From: Gemmatimonadota bacterium
GTDB lineage: Bacteria > Gemmatimonadota > Gemmatimonadetes > Palauibacterales > Palauibacteraceae
Assembly: GCA_046758745.1 (NCBI GenBank)
Contig: JBHIAV010000007.1
Span: forward strand, 1-64,000
Direction of reading: 5' to 3'
Length of the DNA stretch: 64,000 nucleotides
Below, piece after piece: positions 10,392 through 18,598 of the stretch. The translations under genes and the position numbers were made by a program. Position 1 is the stretch's first letter. Each line of letters opens with the position of its first letter. Below the pieces are notes generated by a model that did not search any database, was not told where the DNA came from, and was given only the letters and a program-made list of their open reading frames with translations.

Positions 10392-11114
10392 ATGACCGAT
10401 CCACTGGAGACCGCGAAGAAGTTCGCCGACGAGCTGGCGGTCGCTTTCGGTGATGAGCTCCGGAGCGTCCTCCTCTACGGCTCGGTCCCACGGGGTGAGG
10501 CGGTGCCGGGTGTGAGCGACATCAATGTCCTCGTTCTGGTCGAGCGGATCCGGCTCGCCGGTCTCGGGAACGTCTCGTCGCTGGCGCGCCGGTGGATCGA
10601 GGGTGGGAACACGGCGCCGCTCCTCCTCTCGTGGCACGACTGGGCGCACAGCGCGGATGCCTTCGCGGTCGAGATCGCGGACATGAAGCAGCACCACAAG
10701 GTCCTGCGCGGCGATGACCCCCTGGCCGAGCTCCAGGTCGTCCTGAGCACGTTGCGTCATCAGACGGAACACGAGCTGCGCGGCAAGATGGTGCAACTGC
10801 ACGAGGGTTTGATGCTCGCCGCCCCGAAGCCGGAGGAGCTGGGGCGCCTCCTCCTGACCGCGCTCCCCTCGTTCACCACCTACCTTCGCACGACGCTTCG
10901 CCTCGGAGGGCGCGCGGTACCCGACCGGACGGAGGAGATGATCCCGGCCGCCGCGTCGGTGGTGGGCGGCGAGCCGGACGCGTTCCTCCGCGCGTGGCGA
11001 GCGCGGATCACCGGAAAGGCGCCGGCCGTTCGTCTCGACGATCCGTTCGTGGCCGGCTACTACGGGCTGGTGGAGCGGACGGTCGAGTGGGTGGATGGTC
11101 TGATGGACCGATGA
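10392..11114 (+). CDS. Nucleotidyltransferase-domain protein (TPM/LemA-associated)
   Basis: AAGGAGGT SD; LYGS-x-x-RGE...SDIN Pol-beta-like motif. Confidence 0.85.
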   Translation: MTDPLETAKKFADELAVAFGDELRSVLLYGSVPRGEAVPGVSDINVLVLVERIRLAGLGNVSSLARRWIEGGNTAPLLLSWHDWAHSADAFAVEIADMKQHHKVLRGDDPLAELQVVLSTLRHQTEHELRGKMVQLHEGLMLAAPKPEELGRLLLTALPSFTTYLRTTLRLGGRAVPDRTEEMIPAAASVVGGEPDAFLRAWRARITGKAPAVRLDDPFVAGYYGLVERTVEWVDGLMDR

Positions 11115-11200
11115 GGAGCGGCGCATGGGAAAGCCGCGCGGCCACCCGGAAGGATGCGTCCGGCTGAGAGGCGACTGACGTCGTAGGGAAGAGGAGCGAC

Positions 11201-11264
11201 TCGGAGGCTCGCCATGATTCGGAGGCTCGCCATGAGGAAGGTGAGGAGGAAGGTGATGAGGAAA
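11201..11264 (+). repeat. Short intergenic tandem repeats: TCGGAGGCTCGCCATGA x2, then GAGGAAGGTGA(G/T) x2-3
   Basis: Read directly at 11201-11235 and 11234-11264. Confidence 0.7.
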
Positions 11265-11366
11265 CTGCGTCGGGCGGGACAGGGGGTGAGGACGCAATGG
11301 CCCGCCGCTACGGAGCGACGGGCAAGATCGCGGAGCATCGGCGCGCAAACGGTGCGCAGGGAGGCA

Positions 11367-11987
11367 ATGCGCCCGGGAGCGGAGCTCCTGCGAACGGTAG
11401 CGGGGCTCGCTCTTCTTCTCCCTTTCGCCGGCTGCGGCTACAACCGCATCCAGGCGCTCGACGAGCAGGTGGAGGAAGCGAAGGCGAACATCGAGGCGGA
11501 GCTCATCCGCCGGAACGACCTCATCCCGAACCTTGTCGCCACGGTGGACGAGGCTGCCTCCTTTGAGGAGCGTACCTTCACCCAGGTGGCGGAGGCCCGG
11601 GCGGGCCTCACCCGGGCGCGGGACCGGATGGCCGAGGCGGTGCAGGGCGAGGCGGACCCGCAGACGCTGAGCGCGGCGAACGCCGAGGTGGCCCGCAGTC
11701 TCCGACTCTTCCTCAACGTGTCGGTGGAGGCCTACCCCACGCTCACCGCGAACCAGAGCTTCCGGAGCCTACAGGACGAGCTCACGGAGACGGAGAACCG
11801 GCTCGCCTTCGCGCGACGCACGTACAACGAGACGGTACGCACCTACAACACCTTCATCCGCCAGTTCCCGCAGCTGATCACGGCGAAGGTCATCGGGGCG
11901 GGCCGGAAGGAGCCGTTCGAGGCACCGGAGGAGGCGCAGGAGGCGCCCCAGGTGGAGTTCGGGGAGCGTGGGGAGGGCGGAGGCTGA
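11367..11987 (+). CDS. lemA: LemA family protein
   Basis: GCGYN, RR-x-DLIPNLV-x-TV, VEAYP-x-L-x-AN-x-x-F-x-x-LQ-x-EL-x-x-TENR, YN...FP; GGAGG SD. Confidence 0.95.
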   Translation: MRPGAELLRTVAGLALLLPFAGCGYNRIQALDEQVEEAKANIEAELIRRNDLIPNLVATVDEAASFEERTFTQVAEARAGLTRARDRMAEAVQGEADPQTLSAANAEVARSLRLFLNVSVEAYPTLTANQSFRSLQDELTETENRLAFARRTYNETVRTYNTFIRQFPQLITAKVIGAGRKEPFEAPEEAQEAPQVEFGERGEGGG

Positions 11988-12117
11988 CCGGCGGATCCCG
12001 CCGCGGCTCTCCCGGCAGGGTTGTGCCCGGTCCGAGGCAGGGGACCGAGCCGGACGGGCCGAACGACCCGGCCGGGCCGGGGCGAGTCACGGGGCTGAGC
12101 CAGGCGGCCCGGGCGAG

Positions 12118-12171
12118 AAAAAGCCCCCGGGGCGCGTCGTGAGGGAGGTGCCCTCAGCGTGCCTCCGGGGG
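12118..12171 (-). terminator. Rho-independent terminator-like extended hairpin with U-tract
   Basis: CCCCCGG(G)GCGCG / CGTGCCTCCGGGGG stem, inner TGAGGG/CCCTCA stem, followed by TTTTT on the minus strand. Confidence 0.7.
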
Positions 12172-12225
12172 GTTGTCGACGTTGTCGACGTCGGCTGCTT
12201 GGTTGCTTCGGCTTCTCGAGCTGGT

Positions 12226-12288
12226 CTAGCCGACCAGTCGCACGAAGAGCATCTGTGGACGCCGAGTCCTCCATCTTCGAAACAGCAT
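12226..12288 (-). CDS. Candidate 20-aa small protein MLFRRWRTRRPQMLFVRLVG
   Basis: GGAGGAGG SD directly before ATG; ECF-like promoter upstream and terminator downstream; too short for the ORF track. Confidence 0.45.
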   Translation of the reverse strand: MLFRRWRTRRPQMLFVRLVG

Positions 12289-12383
12289 CTTCCCCTCCTC
12301 CCCACATCTGTTCACCACGGCTGGTTCTTCTGACCTCTCTCTTGAAGTCACCCGATGAGACACCCTGTCTCTCGAAAGGGTTG

Positions 12384-12410
12384 TACGGATCCCCGCGGCC
12401 GCCGGTTTCA
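12384..12410 (-). promoter_or_regulatory. ECF-sigma-type promoter TGAAAC-N17-CGTA
   Basis: Close to the B. subtilis SigW/SigM-type consensus; points at the 20-aa ORF. Confidence 0.5.
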
Positions 12411-12472
12411 GCCGAGGGGACTTTCGCGATCGGAGGCTTCCTGCGAACCGTGCCTCCCGCCCGCGCGGCCGC

Positions 12473-13303
12473 CTAGATCCACAGCGCCACGGCGAACGCC
12501 AGAATGGTCGCCGTCACCACACGGCGGATCCACCGGTGACCCTTGAGCACGGTGAGCCGCACGCCGAGGAGACCGCCGAGGAAGTTGCCGGCCGCCAGGG
12601 CGAAACCGGGCGCCCACTCCACCTTTCCGCTCGCCGCGAACAGGGCGAGGGCGAGGGGGGTAAAGGCCAGCACGACCAGCACCTTGAGCGCGTTGCCTCG
12701 CACGAAGTCTAGCCCCAGGAGGGCCGCGACGCCGAGGAGGAGGAACCCGACGCCGGCCTGCACGAAGCCTCCGTACATCCCGACGAGGAAGAGGGCGAGG
12801 ACGAAGGTGGACCGGCGAGGGGGGTGGAGGTCGTCGGTGTTGGCCCGAGAGGTCGACGGATATGGCCAGACCACCGCTTCGGCTGTCGCTTCCGTCCCCG
12901 CAAACGAGGTCGGCGGACCTGTGATGCTCCGCTTCCGCTTCGGTCCCCAGATCGACCACAGCACCGCGGCGACCATGATCGCCGCGAGGATGCGCTCGAA
13001 GGAGCGGTCCCCTGCCCGGACCGCGGCCCAGGCACCCACCGCGGCACCGGCGACGGCGGGCAGGGCCGCCCACGGTACCCACCTCCACTCCACCATGCGG
13101 TGGCGGTGAAAACCCCATACGGCCCCGATGTTCTGCACCAGGATGGCCACGCGGTTCGTTCCGTTGGCGACGGTGGCGGGGAGGCCCACGAAGATGAGGA
13201 CGGGCAGGGTCAGCATGGAGCCGCCGGCGGCCACCACGTTAAGCGTGCCGGCCACGCCCCCGGCGGCGAAGAGGATGAGGTACGACCAGGCGCCGGCCAT
13301 CAC
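12473..13303 (-). CDS. Sulfite exporter TauE/SafE family permease
   Basis: AG..N..AAGG..LTLP.L...GLP..VANGTN and GMYGGF.QAGVG motifs; multiple TM helices. Confidence 0.92.
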   Translation of the reverse strand: MMAGAWSYLILFAAGGVAGTLNVVAAGGSMLTLPVLIFVGLPATVANGTNRVAILVQNIGAVWGFHRHRMVEWRWVPWAALPAVAGAAVGAWAAVRAGDRSFERILAAIMVAAVLWSIWGPKRKRSITGPPTSFAGTEATAEAVVWPYPSTSRANTDDLHPPRRSTFVLALFLVGMYGGFVQAGVGFLLLGVAALLGLDFVRGNALKVLVVLAFTPLALALFAASGKVEWAPGFALAAGNFLGGLLGVRLTVLKGHRWIRRVVTATILAFAVALWI

Positions 13304-13453
13304 AACAACTTACTGCCTGTGCCCGGCCTACGCGTCGGCCCGGGTAGATACTCCGAACCCGAGGCCGCTGTACCGTCCCCGCACTCCTGTCATATGACCG
13401 CGTCGCCCGGCTCACCAAGAGATGAACGGGACAGGCGGGGATGGGAGGGCCCC

Positions 13454-13972
13454 TTGGAAGAGCGCTCGGAGGAGATGGTCGCCGAGTTGGAGCGACATCA
13501 CTCGGACAGCTTCGGGTGGGCCTTGAGTTGCTGCGATGGGGATGAGGCGGAGGCAGAGGACGTGCTGCAGACGGCGTACCTGAAGGTCCTCGAGGGGCGG
13601 GCTCGGTTCGACGGCCGCTCGAGCCTCGAGACGTGGATGTTCGCCGTCATTCGCCGAACGGCCGCCGAGAGAAGGCGAAAGAAGGCCGTGCGGCTGGCCG
13701 CCCTGCTTCGGTGGCGCGACCCCGGCTCGCCCGCGATGGGTGCCGATCCCGAGGGGCGCGGGCGCCGATCCGAACGGTCGGAGATCCTGCTCGCGGCCCT
13801 CGGGAAGCTCTCGCGGCGTCAGCGCGAGGTGCTGCACCTGGTCTTCTACCAGGATCTCACGATCGAGGAGGCATCGCGGGTCCTCGCGATCTCTCTCGGC
13901 ACGGCCAGGACGCACTATGAGCGCGGGAAGAAGAGGCTGAGAGAGCTGCTCGCCGAAACTTTGGAGCGCTGA
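13454..13972 (+). CDS. ECF RNA polymerase sigma factor
   Basis: Region 2 AEDVLQTAY...FDGRSS..TW; region 4 LSRRQREVL.LVFY..LTIEEA..L.ISLGT.RTH..RG; start uncertain (TTG 13454, ATG 13475 or ATG 13394). Confidence 0.92.
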   Translation: MEERSEEMVAELERHHSDSFGWALSCCDGDEAEAEDVLQTAYLKVLEGRARFDGRSSLETWMFAVIRRTAAERRRKKAVRLAALLRWRDPGSPAMGADPEGRGRRSERSEILLAALGKLSRRQREVLHLVFYQDLTIEEASRVLAISLGTARTHYERGKKRLRELLAETLER

Positions 13973-14397
13973 TGAATCGGGGAATCGAGCGCGACGTACG
14001 GGAGCTCTTCCGCGGCCTGCGGGAGGAGGATCGGACCCGTGCCCCCTCCTTCGATGCCGTTCTGACACGAGGTCGGCAGGCCGGAAGGCCCCGGTCGTCG
14101 CGCCCGTTGCGCCTTCGACTCGCGGCGGCGGGGGCCGTCATCGGCGCCCTGGTCGTAGGAACGTGGCTGGGCCAGCGGTCGCGGTCGATAAGCGCGGATG
14201 CTTTCGCAGGGTCCGTCATTGAACTCGGCGCCGTTCGGTGGACCGCACCGACGGACTTTCTGCTGAAGTTGCCGGGCTCGGAGCTGTTAAGGACGGTCCC
14301 AAGCACCGGCCGCCTCGAGCCGTGGACTCAAGAAGCGACCGGGGCGGAGCCGGCGTTCGATGCAGAATCGATCTCGGAAGGGAGGAGGCCGTCATGA
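13972..14397 (+). CDS. Single-pass membrane protein, probable anti-sigma factor
   Basis: TGATG overlap with the sigma gene; one TM helix; W-x-x-PTDFLL motif. Confidence 0.7.
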   Translation: MNRGIERDVRELFRGLREEDRTRAPSFDAVLTRGRQAGRPRSSRPLRLRLAAAGAVIGALVVGTWLGQRSRSISADAFAGSVIELGAVRWTAPTDFLLKLPGSELLRTVPSTGRLEPWTQEATGAEPAFDAESISEGRRPS

Positions 14398-14849
14398 GTT
14401 TTGGAGTGGTCGGAGCGAGCCGCCGATTCGTAGCGATCACCCTGATGCTGCTCGCCGGGGCCACGTGGCCGGCCGCCGCGGTCGCTCAGGAAGAACTTCC
14501 GGGGGAGGACTTCGGCCGGTACCTGTACCCGCCGGAGCTGGTGATGCGCTACCAGCGGGCGATAGGCCTGCACGAGGAGCAGCGGGCGACGATCTCCGAT
14601 GCCGTCACGGAGCTGCAGCGCCAGGTAGTGGAGCTACAGTGGAAGATGTCTGACGCGAAGCAGGATCTGGTGACTATGCTCCGCGAACCTTCGGTCGAGG
14701 AGGCGGAGGCTCTCCAGGGCGTCCAGCGCCTGTTGGATATCGAGACGGCGGTCAAGCGGCTCCATTTGGCGATGCTGATCCGGATCAAGAACACCCTCAC
14801 GCCGGACCAGCAGAGACAGCTGTTGGAGCTCCGCAGGAGCGGTCTGTAG
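14394..14849 (+). CDS. Periplasmic Spy/CpxP-like (LTxxQ) helical protein
   Basis: Signal peptide; IGLHEEQR and LTPDQQ motifs; ATGA overlap; GGAGG SD. Confidence 0.8.
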   Translation: MSFGVVGASRRFVAITLMLLAGATWPAAAVAQEELPGEDFGRYLYPPELVMRYQRAIGLHEEQRATISDAVTELQRQVVELQWKMSDAKQDLVTMLREPSVEEAEALQGVQRLLDIETAVKRLHLAMLIRIKNTLTPDQQRQLLELRRSGL

Positions 14850-14962
14850 GAGGCCCGGCGGAGGGGTGCTTCGCTTGTCGGTGGGGGGCGGGCACGATAA
14901 CGTCGGCCCGTTCTCGAGGCACGTACGGTCGACTCACCCGTCCCCTTCCTGGAGGATCTCCC

Positions 14963-15295
14963 ATGCCACCCACAGCTCAGGCGGCCGTCGTGGTGCTCTA
15001 CCACCAGCCCGAGGATCCGGCGGCGTTCGAGCGGTACTACGCGGACACCCACGTGCCGCTCGTGGAAAGGCACGCAGCCGAGATCGGCTTCACCCGAGCC
15101 GAGCTGGCGAAGTTCACCTCCTCCCTGGATGGCTCGGCGCCTCCCTACTATCGGATGGCGGAGCTCTGGTTCTCCTCGGAGGCCGATCTGAAGCGCGGGA
15201 TCGGCACCGCCGGGTTCCGGGCCGTGGCCGCAGACCTGGAGAACTTCGCTACCGGTGGGGTCACCGCCGGGATCACGGTCGAGACGAAACCGTAA
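14963..15295 (+). CDS. EthD family protein
   Basis: VLY..PEDPAAFE.YY..THVPL ...AELWF...ADL.NFA. Confidence 0.9.
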   Translation: MPPTAQAAVVVLYHQPEDPAAFERYYADTHVPLVERHAAEIGFTRAELAKFTSSLDGSAPPYYRMAELWFSSEADLKRGIGTAGFRAVAADLENFATGGVTAGITVETKP

Positions 15296-15415
15296 CCGTA
15301 AAGGAGCCGGCGTCGGACAGCGCGCGCCCGAAATAGCAGAATTCGGCCTGCGAGGGGCAGATCTACCTCTCCGGAGCCACATCCGCTTGTCGGTGCGGCG
15401 TGATATACTGATGGC

Positions 15416-18400
15416 ATGAGCCTCCGCATCGTCTGCTCGCGCCGCAATGCTGTCCTGTGGAGTGCCTGCGCGTCGCGATTTCTGGACGAGCTGACACACC
15501 GCACGGGGCCGAGAGGCTACCCCTCCTACCTGTGGATCGCGCACAGGAACCAGCGCGATTCTCTTCTCGAGCTGGCGGCGAATCGGCGGCTGAGCGGATG
15601 GCTGGCGCCGCCCTTCTCCTTCTTCTCGGAGCTGCGGGAGCTCTTCCGCATCGAAGCCCGGCCGGTCGGTATCCTGACTGGCCGGCTCCTCGTCGCGCGG
15701 CTCGCCGCCCGGCTCGCCCGGCAGCTCGGAATGGGAACGGCGACACGCGAGGGCGGCCCCGCTCGGGCGCATATGCTGGACGGCGTGTTCAGCGAGCTCC
15801 TGCCCGAGGGCGTAACGCCGGAGGAGCTTCGGCGAGTGCTCGATCGGCTGGAGGGAGACGACTTCGCGCGGAAGCGGAACGCATGGGTGGCCGATGCGTA
15901 CGCCGCGTTCCTTACGGAGCTCCGGGCGCGCGACCTGTACGATCCCCGGTCGATCCACGCCATGGTAGCAGCGCGCATCGAGGAAGGCTTCCTGGCGGAA
16001 GCGATCGGGGGTGCCGGCCGGCTGCACGTCTACGGCATCACGTCGCTGCGCGGCCGCCGTCGGCTGTTTCGCGCGCTGGCCGAGCAGACGGAGGTGAAGG
16101 TCAGCGTCTACCTGCCCGCCGAAGAGGAGCCCTCCGAATGGGAGGAGCTCGCGACGGAGGGGGTGGAGGAGATCGAGGCACCCGAGACGGGCGGCGACAT
16201 CAAGGTGCAGCCGACTCCCGACGCGGTTCGCGAGGCGACGTGGGTGGCCCGCCAGGTGAAGCGGCTCCTCGCCAAGGGGAAGGCGGAGCCTCACGAGATC
16301 GGGGTCGTCGCCCGCTCGGGGCGGCAGGACACCCGAAAGATGCACATGGCGCTCCGGGCGGCCGGGGTTCCGAGCACGGCGCGCATCCGTACGGTGCTCG
16401 CAGAGATCCCGAGCCTCAAGGCGCTTCTCGAGCTCCTGCGTGGGGAGGCCGAGGTGTGGAGCTACAGGGTCCTCCGGCAGGTGCTGGCGAGCCCGTATTT
16501 CGGCGCCGGGATCGACCTCCGCGCGATCGACCGCATCGCGGGAATGCGCCGTGTCGAGGGGCTCGAGGCGTGGGCCAAGGCGCTCCTGGACGCCGGGGCG
16601 CAGGTAGAGGCGCGAGGGCGAGAGAAGAAGCGCCACGGCCCCGACGGTGTGTCGGCGGACCGGCTCGAGGAGGACATTCCGAGGTTCGAGGCGTTTCGCG
16701 AGAGGGTCGCCGTGCTGGGCGGCGAGCGAGCGGAGCGCGCGTGGATCGACCTCACCCTTGAGGTGCTGGGCGGCAAGCGGTTCGGGTTCCGGCGCCGCCT
16801 CTGTCGGCCGGTCGCCGAGCGGTGGGACATCGTGCGGCTGGACCAGCGCGGAGTCCTTGTGGTGGAGGCCCTTCTCCGGGAGTGGCGGGATCTGGTGGAC
16901 TCCGAGGAGGCATTCGGTGCGGAGGAGTGGCACAACCGCCTCCGGCGACTGCTCGAAGCGAACGAGCTGGCGCTTTCCACGCCACTCCAGGAGGGCGTGC
17001 AGGTGCTCGAGGCTCACGAGGCCGCCCTCACCCCGTTCCGGCACGTCTTCCTGGTGCACGCGAACGACGGCGTCTTTCCGAGAATGGCCGCCGGCACGGG
17101 CGTCTTCTCCGACGCCGAGCGGGGCCGGCTGCGAGAGCTGGGGCTGCCGCTCGCCAACCGGGATGAGGCGATCCGTCGTGAGCGGACGTTGTGGCGCGCG
17201 GTGACGAACGGGGAGCGGGTCACCATCACCTACCGCACGACGGACGCGAACGGCATCCCGCGGCTTCCGTCCCTCATGGTGCCGTCGCACGAGCCTGAGA
17301 CCGAGCTCCCGCGGACCCTGGACATCGCCACCCTGGAGCGCGTGAGGGATGATCTGGAGCCGGTCAGCCCGGCGGAGCAGCGGAGGCGCGACGTGCAGCG
17401 CCTCGCGAAGCTCCGGCGGGGCGGGGAGACGTCGGTCTTCCTCACCCCCGACCCGGCGAGCCTTCGTCACGCCGTGCTGGGGGCCTTCGCGGAGGAGCTC
17501 CGGGCGGGCGGCCTCGACGAGCACGTGAGCTCGGAGCGGGAGCTCATCGTCAACGGGGCGGGGAAGGGCGGCCGGGTGGCGGCCGATCCCGCTTCCCTCT
17601 TCGCGCTCGACCGTCCGCTATCCGAACGCCCGACCGCGTGGAACGGCAAGCTCCGGGACCCGGTCGTCCTCTCGGAGCTCCGACGTCGATTCGGCGAGGA
17701 GCACGTGTGGTCGGCGAGCCGGCTTGAGATGTACGGGCGGCGGCCTTTCGACTTTCTCCTCGAGCACGTGCTGCAGCTCGGCGAGACCGAGGAAGCGGAG
17801 GAGGAGACGACTCCGCTCACTTTTGGGAGCGCGGCCCACGCGCTGCTCGAGCGCTTCTACCGGACGGTGCAGGGGGAGCTGCCGCAAGCTTTCGATGAAC
17901 GAGCCCGGGCGCTCTACCAGCGGGTGGCCGAGGAGGTCTTCGCCGAGTTCGAGGCCGACTGCGAGCGGTGGCTTGGTCTGCCCCCGCTGTGGGCCGTCAC
18001 CCGAGAGGAGGTGCGGGAGAAGGTGGCGGAGTATCTGGCGTGGGAGCTCGAGCACCTGGCGAAGGAGGACGCGCGCCCCCTGCTGGTCGAGTACGAGTTC
18101 GGAGGAGAAGGCGGTCCGGTGGAGCTCGAAGGGCTCGACGCGCGCGGTTGCCCCTCCCGCCTCCGCCTGCGGGGGCGCATGGACAGGGTGGACCGGTACG
18201 GGGAGGGGACGCGGGCGTGGCTGCGGGTCATCGATTACAAGAGCAGCCGCATTCCGAGCGCCGGCAGCTACGAGGACGGTGCCCTCCTGCAGACGGCCCT
18301 GTATATGAAGACGCTCCACACAGCGGGCCATGAGGCCGTGCGGAGCGGCGTCTACCGCCGGATCAAGAATCCTCAGAAGAGAGGGATCGGCGCCGAGCTT

Positions 18401-18586
18401 CGCGGGGCGGCAGTGGACAACGTGCTGAAGTACGCCCTGAGCATCCCGTGCCGCGTACGGGAGGGGCTGTTCGAGGCCGTCCAGGCACGGTCCACGAAGA
18501 TCGAGGATTGGCAGCCGGGCCGCGAGGTGACGCGCAACGAGGCGAGGATCACCACCGGCACGCGCTTCGACGCGGTGAGGGAGTGA
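15416..18586 (+). CDS. addB: AddB-like subunit: inactive helicase region plus C-terminal PD-(D/E)XK nuclease
   Basis: SASRLE, G...H..LE.F, RGRMDRVD, VIDYKS, LQ..LY; directly upstream of the AddA-like gene. Confidence 0.85.
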   Translation: MSLRIVCSRRNAVLWSACASRFLDELTHRTGPRGYPSYLWIAHRNQRDSLLELAANRRLSGWLAPPFSFFSELRELFRIEARPVGILTGRLLVARLAARLARQLGMGTATREGGPARAHMLDGVFSELLPEGVTPEELRRVLDRLEGDDFARKRNAWVADAYAAFLTELRARDLYDPRSIHAMVAARIEEGFLAEAIGGAGRLHVYGITSLRGRRRLFRALAEQTEVKVSVYLPAEEEPSEWEELATEGVEEIEAPETGGDIKVQPTPDAVREATWVARQVKRLLAKGKAEPHEIGVVARSGRQDTRKMHMALRAAGVPSTARIRTVLAEIPSLKALLELLRGEAEVWSYRVLRQVLASPYFGAGIDLRAIDRIAGMRRVEGLEAWAKALLDAGAQVEARGREKKRHGPDGVSADRLEEDIPRFEAFRERVAVLGGERAERAWIDLTLEVLGGKRFGFRRRLCRPVAERWDIVRLDQRGVLVVEALLREWRDLVDSEEAFGAEEWHNRLRRLLEANELALSTPLQEGVQVLEAHEAALTPFRHVFLVHANDGVFPRMAAGTGVFSDAERGRLRELGLPLANRDEAIRRERTLWRAVTNGERVTITYRTTDANGIPRLPSLMVPSHEPETELPRTLDIATLERVRDDLEPVSPAEQRRRDVQRLAKLRRGGETSVFLTPDPASLRHAVLGAFAEELRAGGLDEHVSSERELIVNGAGKGGRVAADPASLFALDRPLSERPTAWNGKLRDPVVLSELRRRFGEEHVWSASRLEMYGRRPFDFLLEHVLQLGETEEAEEETTPLTFGSAAHALLERFYRTVQGELPQAFDERARALYQRVAEEVFAEFEADCERWLGLPPLWAVTREEVREKVAEYLAWELEHLAKEDARPLLVEYEFGGEGGPVELEGLDARGCPSRLRLRGRMDRVDRYGEGTRAWLRVIDYKSSRIPSAGSYEDGALLQTALYMKTLHTAGHEAVRSGVYRRIKNPQKRGIGAELRGAAVDNVLKYALSIPCRVREGLFEAVQARSTKIEDWQPGREVTRNEARITTGTRFDAVRE

Positions 18587-18598
18587 GGTAACCGGGCC

